NCBI GenBank assembly: GCA_964650645.1
Contig: CAZYUH010000001.1
Location: 705,202 to 754,089 of the forward strand
DNA from: an uncultured Candidatus Saccharibacteria bacterium
GTDB taxonomy: Bacteria; Patescibacteriota; Minisyncoccia; Phycocordibacterales; SBAW01
Direction: 5' to 3'
DNA length: 48,888 nt
Program-made: the position numbers and the translations under genes
In this document: one piece after another, positions 26,925-34,605 of the stretch
Numbering within the stretch: position 1 is the first letter of the stretch
How the letters are laid out: each line of letters opens with the position of its first letter
Notes under the pieces: model-generated
Databases searched by the model: none
What the model was told of the DNA's origin: nothing
Seen by the model: the letters and a program-made list of their open reading frames with translations, nothing else

Positions 26925-27431
26925 TTACTTTGTGCTTAAGCCCATTACCCGAGAGTAGTATGGCAAAATCTCTTGGGCTAGAGGCGCAAGATTTACTTTA
27001 TCAGCAGATTCAGCAAAAAGTTGGAATATAGGCCACAACTCTTGGGTTAGAGTTTTTACATCCCAAACTTTACTTTTTGGAGTACCGCTTTGTCTTGAAG
27101 TGGTAAGATGACCAACTTCCTTATCAGCCCGGGTCTTTGCCTCTGTCAAAACTTCACTTAATTGCGGCCTTACTTTATCCCAGGAGTCTTCCTTGTTAAA
27201 GAAGTCTTTCGCACATACGTCAGTGTCTCTAGAAGAGGCTGGATATAGGAAAGTAATCAGATTCCGCAAGTGTATTGCGTAAGATTCAACAGGCATATGT
27301 TGCAATCCGTTAGGAACTTTAAGCCCACGAATTATTGCATCAGTACCATTGAGTAACATTTGAACCTCATACCGTACATGTTCAGAAAAGTACTCGACAA
27401 GTTGTTTTTCCGTTAGGTCTTTTGTTTTCAT
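26925..27431 (-). CDS. Hypothetical protein, HEPN-like
   Basis: ESYAIHLRNLITFL and RADKEVGH (R-x6-H); all-helical appearance. Confidence 0.6.
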   Translation of the reverse strand: MKTKDLTEKQLVEYFSEHVRYEVQMLLNGTDAIIRGLKVPNGLQHMPVESYAIHLRNLITFLYPASSRDTDVCAKDFFNKEDSWDKVRPQLSEVLTEAKTRADKEVGHLTTSRQSGTPKSKVWDVKTLTQELWPIFQLFAESADKVNLAPLAQEILPYYSRVMGLSTK

Positions 27432-27781
27432 TGCTGAAGCGTAAAATTAAGACATCCGCAACCAGATTTGCATGGTATTTCCTTATTAAAGACAGGGATA
27501 CTTTGTCCTGGTTCAATCTTAGAAAATCCTTCTTTGTGCATAAACTTGGAGTGACCACACTGGCATTGTTGTTTCAAGGACTCTAAGTATTCATCTTGCA
27601 CAGATACATCTATCTCAACTATCTTTTCATTGTTCTCGCACACTTCGTTTACACATTGAAACTTTCTTTTACCGTCAAACTTTTGAGAAGGCTCTCCTTC
27701 AAGTTTTCGCATAGCAAAAGGGCCAATTTCTCTCATTACCTCATGGCAAACTTCGCAGGGCATTTCTTTCATAAATTTCAA
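27428..27781 (-). CDS. Double zinc-finger-like small protein
   Basis: CEVC...CVNEVC and CQCGH...H...CKSGCGC; ATGA-coupled to the next gene. Confidence 0.7.
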   Translation of the reverse strand: MKFMKEMPCEVCHEVMREIGPFAMRKLEGEPSQKFDGKRKFQCVNEVCENNEKIVEIDVSVQDEYLESLKQQCQCGHSKFMHKEGFSKIEPGQSIPVFNKEIPCKSGCGCLNFTLQQ

Positions 27782-27786
27782 TAACT

Positions 27787-29019
27787 TTAGGTTAACTTTT
27801 CGAATTTACTCGAGAGACTCTTTAGGTTATCTAGCAACTCGTCAAATGTAATAAACTCTATATTCTTGAACGACCTACGCAACAATCTAAAGTCTCTCTT
27901 TTTGTTATCGTTACTCTCCCACTCTTGAGTCTTCCCTATTATTAAAAAGGCTTTTGGCTTGAGAACTGAGAATGGAACCTTAGTTTGCTTTTGTAGGTAC
28001 TTTTCGAATCCCTCAACATTTTTTTCAAGAAAGAGAATGTATTTTTCAATCTGAGAAATTGCCTGCGAAGAGCTTCTTGAAAGGAAATAGTTATCATGAC
28101 TGGTGTCTATCCTTCTCGCAAAAATTTCAGTGAATGGTGTCTTTATTTCAAACACATCCAGGAATCCATATAAATCTATCCAGACAAAATCTGGTTTTTT
28201 AGCACCTTCTTCCGTTTTGGCGAAATTAACATCTGCTTCCCTTATCGACTCAATGTAATTTGAGTTAAAGAAGAAGACTTCCTCATGCAGAAACTTTTGC
28301 CACTGTTTTTCCGAGAAGTTTCTGTTTTTGATATGTCTTTCAAACTTCTTTATCACTTGGTCAAGAGTCTTCTTTCTTCCCTCAATGACAAGGTTCTCCT
28401 GCAAATACTCCAGAACTTGGTCATTTTCTGAGTTTATAGAGATGTATCTTTTAATAAAACCAGCGACAGCCTCATGATCGTCTTTATCAAGAGTGTTTAG
28501 GTTAATCTCAGTTAATTTCTTATTTGCACTTTCGTCACTTGATGCACTCTTGAATTCGTTAGGCAAAAAACGAGCAAGACGCTCTTGCACAACAGAATCT
28601 CTTCCTTTTTTTACCTCAGTTCCAAGGTCTTCAAGTAACTCTCTAAAATCTTTAAAAGAGAGACTGAGCGAAACATACTTAGGCTGATTCTTAAAGTAAG
28701 TCGAGCCATGACCACTCATAAATACACTTAGTCTGGTTTCTTTACCAAACTTATTTTTAAGGAAATCCAAAACGTGACTTCCACCAACTTTATTGACCTG
28801 TCTCTGATTAAAACCTCCTCCTGTCTTGTATAAAAATAGTCCTACCGGCTGCTGAGAAAATCCTTTAAAAGTTATTGTCTTTATACTAAACCTTTTAGCT
28901 ACAGACGGTTTGAAGTAGTAAATGAAGTTATCGTCTTGTTTTTTCCAGCCAGCAAGAATCCTCTTAGCCCTCTTTTTGGCTTTCTTTTTTGAGGACTTCT
29001 TTTTCTTCTTGGCTACCAT
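27787..29019 (-). CDS. sduA: Shedu (SduA, DUF4263) anti-phage nuclease
   Basis: EKQWQKFL, KPDFV, VFEIKTP, SQAISQIEKY, KPKAFLIIG, FRLLRRSFKNIEFITFDELL; TATACT 6 nt upstream. Confidence 0.9.
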   Translation of the reverse strand: MVAKKKKKSSKKKAKKRAKRILAGWKKQDDNFIYYFKPSVAKRFSIKTITFKGFSQQPVGLFLYKTGGGFNQRQVNKVGGSHVLDFLKNKFGKETRLSVFMSGHGSTYFKNQPKYVSLSLSFKDFRELLEDLGTEVKKGRDSVVQERLARFLPNEFKSASSDESANKKLTEINLNTLDKDDHEAVAGFIKRYISINSENDQVLEYLQENLVIEGRKKTLDQVIKKFERHIKNRNFSEKQWQKFLHEEVFFFNSNYIESIREADVNFAKTEEGAKKPDFVWIDLYGFLDVFEIKTPFTEIFARRIDTSHDNYFLSRSSSQAISQIEKYILFLEKNVEGFEKYLQKQTKVPFSVLKPKAFLIIGKTQEWESNDNKKRDFRLLRRSFKNIEFITFDELLDNLKSLSSKFEKLT

Positions 29020-29135
29020 GCGGGTAGTATACTCTTGTTCCTGAAAACTTCATCCGCCGGCGCGGGCGGCCATCCGAGGCGCCCTGCGGAGCTTCGTGCC
29101 GCGCCTAGCGGCATGAAGGGGCGGGGCTGCCCGCG

Positions 29136-29357
29136 CTAGCTAAAGGGTCCTTTGCGGATAAGAGTCTCTGCTTCTTTTTCTGCTCCTGGCTTCCGTGTAT
29201 TTTCTTCTATCTTCTCAAGCAAATTTACTATTCGATTTTGTTTCCAGTACCAAGTAAATATCTCTCGAACTAACAAAAAACCAATGAGCCAAAGAAATAG
29301 AATCGGCCAGTTATCAAAGAAGCTAATGATTTGTCGCGGCAATTCTAGGCTGTCCAT
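29136..29357 (-). CDS. Small single-pass membrane protein
   Basis: TM helix then REIFTWYWKQNRIVNLLEKIEEN. Confidence 0.65.
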   Translation of the reverse strand: MDSLELPRQIISFFDNWPILFLWLIGFLLVREIFTWYWKQNRIVNLLEKIEENTRKPGAEKEAETLIRKGPFS

Positions 29358-29389
29358 ATCTTAAAAAGTTACAGATAAAGCCGTGGACG

Positions 29390-29530
29390 CAAAAAGCCCG
29401 CCACGGGTAGAGACCGAAGTCTCTCGTACCAGTTTCCCGATACGGCAGGTAATGCAACCCCATGACGGGTTCTTTATGCATTACCTGACTTGTCGACCTT
29501 ACCTGGGGTTGCCAGGGTTAGGCCCTTTTT
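29390..29530 (-). promoter_or_regulatory. Putative structured RNA leader / attenuator
   Basis: GAAA-loop hairpin (29425-29444), UUCG hairpin (29409-29424), closing stem CCTGCC/GGCGGG plus T-tract, and an 11-bp stem (29446-29456/29477-29487) that overlaps the closing stem. Promoter TTGAAA-N18-TATAGT at 29547-29576. Confidence 0.5.
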
Positions 29531-29719
29531 ATTCAGTTGTGGCCCCACTATACCATCAGTTTTGCCAACATTTCAAAAAGCGTTTCCGAATACAAAAAGT
29601 GCTTGCCGGGGCGGTTTATGAGCGTAAAATTGTTAGTAAGTTCTGGAATAAAAGTCCCGTAAACACGCCTCCTTCGAGGGCAGAGGCAGAACCCACATTA
29701 AAAGCTCGTCTTTTCTTTT

Positions 29720-29932
29720 GTGGTTTATTCTGCCCCTCTAATACAAGAGACTATTTTCGTCTTTCAAGAAGAAAACGGCATACTTCTCACACCCGAGGAG
29801 GCTGTTATTGTTTTGGATGGCCTTTCTGGGTTGTTTTTGGCATATGCAGACCGAGCTGAGGCGACTCCACCCGCTTTAGCGGTGGAGTCGCACTCTATAG
29901 ACTTGATACTCCACACACTTAATGCTACTTAA
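29720..29932 (+). CDS. Small protein directly upstream of the recombinase
   Basis: GTG start; LIQETIFVFQEENGILLTPEEAVIVLDGLSGLFLAY; TTGCCG-N16-TAAAAT promoter at 29603-29630. Confidence 0.55.
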   Translation: MVYSAPLIQETIFVFQEENGILLTPEEAVIVLDGLSGLFLAYADRAEATPPALAVESHSIDLILHTLNAT

Positions 29933-29969
29933 ATTTATTTACTTTTAATTTCAGTGTATTTTAGAGCTT

Positions 29970-31478
29970 ATGAAATACTTCATTTACTGCCGCAAAAGCA
30001 CTGACACGGAGGACCGGCAGGTATTGTCCCTGGACTCGCAGGAAAACGAGCTTAAACGGCTCGCAGAGGCCCAAGGGCTCAAGGTTGCGGGGGTACTTCG
30101 GGAGTCTATGTCGGCTAAGGCTATAGGCCGTCCTGTCTTTACCCAGCTCCTCAAAGCTCTATCCTCTGGTAAAGCCGATGGAATTCTCTGTTGGAAGCTA
30201 GACCGTCTCGCCCGCAACATGGTGGATGGCGGCCAAGTCATGGATTTGCTCCAAAGGGGTGTAATCAAAGAAATTCGCACTTACGAATCAACCCACCTCT
30301 CCTCCGACAATGTCCTCATGCTCGCCGTCCACTTCGGCATGGCAAATCAGTACATCCGCGACCTGAGCATAAATGTTAAGCGTGGACTTAGAGCAAAACT
30401 AGAGCGTGGCGACTGGCCCAACAAACCCCCTCTTGGATATTTCAACGACAAAAACACAAAGCAAATAGTTATAGACCCCATTTCCAGCAGATATGTCGTG
30501 CGCGCATTTGAACTCTACGCAACAGGGAGCTATGGCATAGAAGACTTGGCAGACAAACTGTACGCCGAAGGACTACGGAGCAACCGAGGAGCAAAGATTC
30601 ACAAGTCCACTCTACACAAAGTTCTTCTTCGCTCGTTCTACACAGGGGTCATGGAGCGCGACAATCGCTTTTACAAAGGCAACCATGCTCCCCTCATTTC
30701 AAAGCAACTTTACGATAAGGCCCAAACCGTACTCTCGGGCAATGCACATCCCAAGCCCCAGCGTTTGTTCTTCCCTCTCAGAGGATTCCTGAAATGCGCT
30801 TCCTGTGGCTGTGCGCTTACTGCCTCTCTCAAGAAAGGCCATCAGTATTACTATTGCACCAATGGCAAGGGTAAATGCGACCAGCACAAGAGCTACCTGC
30901 GCGAGAACACCATAAACGCTATGGTGGCTGATTTGTTCGACTCCCTGCACTTCTCTGAGCGCAAGATTGAACTTATGTATAAAGCCGCTAAGGAAAGGTC
31001 AGAGCAGGAGGGCGGCCAAGAAAGACAGAACCTAAACCGCCTCCAGAACCTCTTAAACGCCCTCTCAGAGAAAGAAAGTCGCCTGTTAGATACTTTCGTA
31101 GCCGGTCAGATTCCTAAAGAGCTTTACGACCGCAAGGCGGGCGAAATACAGCATGAACGTCTAGACCTTACCCGCCAGATTCGGGAGGCTGAAAGTAAGG
31201 GAGATGTTTCTACTTTGGAACCGACTAAGCAAGTCTTTTTACAAGCCAGTAAAGCCAAAAAAGAGTTTTTGGATGGCGATGATACTAAAAAGCGCACTAT
31301 CGTAGAAAATCTACTTTGGAACCTTTCTATCGAAAACAAATCCGTGGCTCAAACACAATATAAAAGCCCATTTCACTTACTAGCAAATATCCCTAAAAAC
31401 GCCTCACTTTCAACAATGCTGGGAGACATGGATTCGAACCATGATTCACGCCTCCAAAGGGCGCTGTCCTACCATTAG
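29970..31478 (+). CDS. Large serine recombinase (resolvase + recombinase + Zn-ribbon + coiled coil)
   Basis: YCRKST (catalytic Ser), WKLDRLARN, PPLGY, CASCG...YYYC...C. The last ~20 codons are antisense to tRNA-Gln. Confidence 0.95.
   Translation: MKYFIYCRKSTDTEDRQVLSLDSQENELKRLAEAQGLKVAGVLRESMSAKAIGRPVFTQLLKALSSGKADGILCWKLDRLARNMVDGGQVMDLLQRGVIKEIRTYESTHLSSDNVLMLAVHFGMANQYIRDLSINVKRGLRAKLERGDWPNKPPLGYFNDKNTKQIVIDPISSRYVVRAFELYATGSYGIEDLADKLYAEGLRSNRGAKIHKSTLHKVLLRSFYTGVMERDNRFYKGNHAPLISKQLYDKAQTVLSGNAHPKPQRLFFPLRGFLKCASCGCALTASLKKGHQYYYCTNGKGKCDQHKSYLRENTINAMVADLFDSLHFSERKIELMYKAAKERSEQEGGQERQNLNRLQNLLNALSEKESRLLDTFVAGQIPKELYDRKAGEIQHERLDLTRQIREAESKGDVSTLEPTKQVFLQASKAKKEFLDGDDTKKRTIVENLLWNLSIENKSVAQTQYKSPFHLLANIPKNASLSTMLGDMDSNHDSRLQRALSYH
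31418..31432. repeat. att core, tRNA-proximal copy
   Basis: GCTGGGAGACATGGA inside the tRNA-Gln 3' half and the recombinase 3' end. Confidence 0.85.
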
Positions 31479-31489
31479 ACGATCTCCCA
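31419..31489 (-). tRNA. tRNA-Gln (TTG)
   Basis: TGGGAGA/TCTCCCA acceptor, GCGCC-CT-TTG-GA-GGCGT anticodon arm, GGTTCGAATCC T-arm; CCA not encoded. Confidence 0.95.
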
Positions 31490-31537
31490 ATACGGTGAGG
31501 ATAGCAGGAAAACGGCCTTTTTGCATGGCAAGAGAAA

Positions 31538-31559
31538 GCCCCGCGGTACTCCGCGGGGC
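31538..31559 (-). terminator. Putative terminator
   Basis: GCCCCGCGG-(4 nt)-CCGCGGGGC followed by TTTCTCTT on the minus strand, downstream of the 31569 stop. Confidence 0.55.
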
Positions 31560-31568
31560 GCTGGCGCC

Positions 31569-32087
31569 CTATATCCAGCACAGGAGCTTGTTGGAATCAG
31601 CGAGGATGTGGTTCGGCTCGAAGACGAACACCCACGCGTCATGGGCGCGCCGCGCCGTTTCCAGCAATTCATGGAGCTCGTCATGCCGGGCGAACCGCAG
31701 CGGGGCGCACGGATCCTCCTCTACGGCGATATCCTTTCCGTTCAGGGCCGCATGCCCGAGCCTGTCGAGCGCGGTTTCAGCTAGGCGCGCCTTTGCTCGC
31801 GCGCACTTGCGCCCGAGCATCCTTCTGTGCCGCGCCATGCGCCAACGGCGCAAAAACCACGCACGGCCCGATTCGCGGCATTCATACTGAAGATAATCCT
31901 CGAACGCGTCTTTCCCGGCTACGGCTTCCATAGCCCGCGCCGTTATCTCCCCGCCGGCATCGACGATCCTTACGACCTGCTTGATGCGCATGTCGTCCTT
32001 GGCGCGGGCCAGCGCTTCCCAGAGGACGCTCGCCGTATCCCGGGCCTTATAAAGAAAGAACTCAAGCTGCACGATATTCCCAGGCAC
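31569..32087 (-). CDS. Hypothetical protein
   Basis: GTG start with AGGAGG SD; fills the interval between dnaX and tRNA-Gln; no motif recognised. Confidence 0.5.
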   Translation of the reverse strand: MPGNIVQLEFFLYKARDTASVLWEALARAKDDMRIKQVVRIVDAGGEITARAMEAVAGKDAFEDYLQYECRESGRAWFLRRWRMARHRRMLGRKCARAKARLAETALDRLGHAALNGKDIAVEEDPCAPLRFARHDELHELLETARRAHDAWVFVFEPNHILADSNKLLCWI

Positions 32088-32125
32088 GCCGCCCTCCTAT
32101 AAACAGGTACGTATCTGACAAGACC

Positions 32126-33181
32126 TTACGCCAGCGCCCGGTACAAGGCAAGCTCCAGCGGGAGCTGCGGCAGGGGCGCCTTGCCCGTTTCCAGAAGCGC
32201 GGTGATGAGCTCCGCGAGGAGCGCGGCGTTTATCGCGGCGCCGTCCTTGCCCGCGAGCTCCCTGAGCAGTTTCACGTCGTCCTCGCCGAACTGCCCCGCA
32301 AGCTCGCCCTCCGTCTTGGGCGCGAATCGCAGAAGAAGGACTGCGCGCGCCTTCGCCAACGCGAGCAAAATGAACGTCTTAGCCTCCGAGCCGCTCTCAA
32401 GCGCGGCATGGAATTTTTCCACGGCCGCGCCGATGTCCTTGGCGGCCACAGCCTTTAAAAACCCGTTGACCGTCTGCGCCGCAGGCGCGCCCACCACGCG
32501 GGCGACCTCCTCTTCGGTCAGCTTCGCGTCTTCGCTTATAGTCAAGACCTTCTGCAGGATGCCCAGCGTGTCGCGGAACGAGCCATCACCCATGAGCGCC
32601 ACCAGTTCGGCCCCCGCCGGCGCCATGCCCGCGCCCTCCTGCTTCGCAACGTCCATGACGAGCGACTTGAGCGTCTCGTGCGAGGGCTTCTTGAAATTGA
32701 ACACCTGGCAGCGCGACACTATCGTCTCGGGCACGCGGTCGAGCTCGGTGGTGGCCAGCACGAACACCGCGTGCGCCGGCGGCTCTTCCAAGGTCTTCAG
32801 GAGCGCGCCCCACGCGTCTTTCGTAAGCGCATGCGCCTCGTCTATTATGTAGAACTTGTACTTTGAAGCGAACGGCAGGGTCGCCACTCCCTCGCGCAAT
32901 TCGCGTATCTCGTCGATGCCGCGGTTGCTCGCGGCGTCCATCTCGTAAATGTCCTGCCCGCTGGTGCCCAGCGCGTTCGCCAATATGCGGGCCATGGAGG
33001 TCTTGCCCGTGCCGCGCCCGCCCGCGAACAGGTAGGCGTGCGCGATTTTCCCGCCCGCCACGGCGGCCTCAAGCACGCGCACCACGTGCTCCTGGCCGCG
33101 CACCTCGCCGAATGCCGCAGGACGGTAAGCGCGGTACAGGGCCGTATGGGCGCGCGCGGGAGCGTCTGACTTGTTCGCCAT
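32126..33181 (-). CDS. dnaX: DNA polymerase III subunit gamma/tau (short form, 351 aa)
   Basis: ALYRAYRP, HAYLFAGGRGTGKTS, EMDAASNRGIDEIR, IIDEAHAL, LLKTLEEPP, SRCQ; TATACT 6 nt upstream of MANK. Confidence 0.93.
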   Translation of the reverse strand: MANKSDAPARAHTALYRAYRPAAFGEVRGQEHVVRVLEAAVAGGKIAHAYLFAGGRGTGKTSMARILANALGTSGQDIYEMDAASNRGIDEIRELREGVATLPFASKYKFYIIDEAHALTKDAWGALLKTLEEPPAHAVFVLATTELDRVPETIVSRCQVFNFKKPSHETLKSLVMDVAKQEGAGMAPAGAELVALMGDGSFRDTLGILQKVLTISEDAKLTEEEVARVVGAPAAQTVNGFLKAVAAKDIGAAVEKFHAALESGSEAKTFILLALAKARAVLLLRFAPKTEGELAGQFGEDDVKLLRELAGKDGAAINAALLAELITALLETGKAPLPQLPLELALYRALA

Positions 33182-33190
33182 ACGGACAGT

Positions 33191-33400
33191 ATACCCGAGG
33201 ATAGTGAGCAAAATAAACTTGTTTATTTTAGCGAACGACGCAGGATATATGAGCTCCTGACTCATATACCCGAGGATAGCGAGTAAAAACACACGCTTGC
33301 GTGTGTTTTTCGCGAGCGACGCAGGATATATGTGCTTTTGGCTCATATACCCGAGGATAGTGAGCAAAGAAAAAGCCGGCAGATTCAAGTATCTGCCGGC
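33191..33400. repeat. Tandem 57-bp repeat (2 full copies + 1 partial) separated by unique perfect hairpins
   Basis: 33231-33287 vs 33312-33368 match at 50/57; 22-bp partial copy at 33191; hairpins at 33210-33229, 33285-33310 and 33375-33400. Confidence 0.9.
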
Positions 33401-33416
33401 CAAAAGACGCTTTTCA

Positions 33417-33689
33417 TTAGAACCCCCGTTCGCGCTCCATCTCCATAAGCAGTTCTGCCGCTTCACGGAGCGGATTGTGCTCGGGGCGCTCCAAGCCCTC
33501 CATCTGCCACATGAGCCGCTTCTTATCGAAAAGCTCGATGTAGCGCTCCAAAGTAACGCCGTCCGAAACATAACGGCCGTTCTCGTGGAAGAAATTGACC
33601 GACACTTCGACGGTGCTGTCCATGCGCCGGCGCGGCTCCCAGCCGAACGCCGCGAAAGCGGCCATCCTCCTATTAGGCATATCGTCCAT
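33417..33689 (-). CDS. Hypothetical protein
   Basis: Start MDDMPNRR with GGAGG SD; 90 aa; no family recognised. Confidence 0.5.
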   Translation of the reverse strand: MDDMPNRRMAAFAAFGWEPRRRMDSTVEVSVNFFHENGRYVSDGVTLERYIELFDKKRLMWQMEGLERPEHNPLREAAELLMEMERERGF

Positions 33690-33799
33690 GGAATCCTCCC
33701 TCCATTGAAGCCCGGGCACATGCCAGGGCGCGCCTCTGCGGGCACTATAGGACAAAACCCCCGGGAAGGAAAGCGGGACCGCAGGGAGGTGCGGCCTTG

Positions 33800-34207
33800 C
33801 TATTTCTTGGAAGCCTTCTTCGTCGCCTTCTTAACGCTCTTCTTTACCGCCGCGGCGCGCTTGGCTACCGGCTTCTTCTGCGACTGCAGATACGCCCAGC
33901 CCGCCTTCAAATCCTGCACCAGGCGCTTGGATTCGGCAGTGGTCACGCCCGCAACGGCGCTGTAGCGCTTGGCCACCTCGCCCGCCAACTGCATATAGGT
34001 TTCCTTGTCTATGTCCTGCGCCTTCTCCACCAAATCCATCATTTCAGCGCGAGCCTTGAGCATCCAGCTCTTGGCGAGTTTGCGGTGCTTCTTCGCGTCC
34101 TTCGCGCCGTACAGCCAGTACGCCCCAGCCGCAGCGGCCGCTGCTGCCGCAGCCACTCCCGCTGCCGCCCCTACCGTCTTCGCATCGATGCTTGATTTGC
34201 CCGCCAT
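33800..34207 (-). CDS. Hypothetical protein (hydrophobic N-terminus, Lys-rich tail)
   Basis: Ala-rich helix, AYWLYG, amphipathic middle, KKA-rich end. Confidence 0.7.
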   Translation of the reverse strand: MAGKSSIDAKTVGAAAGVAAAAAAAAAGAYWLYGAKDAKKHRKLAKSWMLKARAEMMDLVEKAQDIDKETYMQLAGEVAKRYSAVAGVTTAESKRLVQDLKAGWAYLQSQKKPVAKRAAAVKKSVKKATKKASKK

Positions 34208-34249
34208 ATCGTATTTCGTGTTAGTTAATCTGATTAGTGCGTATTGAAA

Positions 34250-34564
34250 CTACTCCCCGTCCTCCCGCCCGCGCGGCTCGCGCTTGGGCGCCCGGCGCCT
34301 GGGCGGCGCGAGCCGCCCCATGACGAGCGCCGCGAACATGTCCCACGCCGAGGCTATCCTGCCCCCGCCCGCGATGACGCTTTCCCGGAGCGCCTGCAGG
34401 TCGGCCGCCGCCACCTCGCCCGCCTCGTGCAGGCGGCGGGTAATGACCGTCACCTCGGCGATGAGCTTGGAGAGATACCACGCCACCGCCCCGATGCCCG
34501 CCGCGATGATGACGAGCGCGAGCGCGACGAGGCCGATAAAGACCATGAGCAGGGTATTCTCCAT
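34250..34564 (-). CDS. Hypothetical membrane-anchored protein
   Basis: TM helix plus coiled segment; TACACT 7 nt upstream. Confidence 0.65.
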   Translation of the reverse strand: MENTLLMVFIGLVALALVIIAAGIGAVAWYLSKLIAEVTVITRRLHEAGEVAAADLQALRESVIAGGGRIASAWDMFAALVMGRLAPPRRRAPKREPRGREDGE

Positions 34565-34605
34565 GTCCCCTAGTGTACCGCACGCCGGCACCTCTGCACT
34601 GTGGA

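Larger units (their letters stand above)
26729..31432. mobile_element. About 4.7 kb large-serine-recombinase integrative element in tRNA-Gln
   Basis: 15-bp direct repeat GCTGGGAGACATGGA at both ends, the right copy inside tRNA-Gln; intact recombinase; AT-rich defence cargo. Confidence 0.85.

Noticed and set aside
29383-29859. 158-aa plus-strand ORF
   Set aside because: It spans divergent promoters and the structured leader, overlaps the 70-aa ORF, and has no protein-like features.
19860-31432. Prophage
   Set aside because: No structural, packaging, lysis or replication genes; the cargo is defence, metal resistance and metabolism.
33191-33400. CRISPR array
   Set aside because: Only 2.4 units, a long degenerate repeat, self-complementary spacers, and no cas gene in the window. 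Reported instead as a palindromic repeat.
32126-33745. 539-aa DnaX as given by the ORF track
   Set aside because: The upstream part runs through non-coding repeats and another small gene; homology starts at about MANK (33181). Only the +28 and +55 aa starts are kept as hypotheses.
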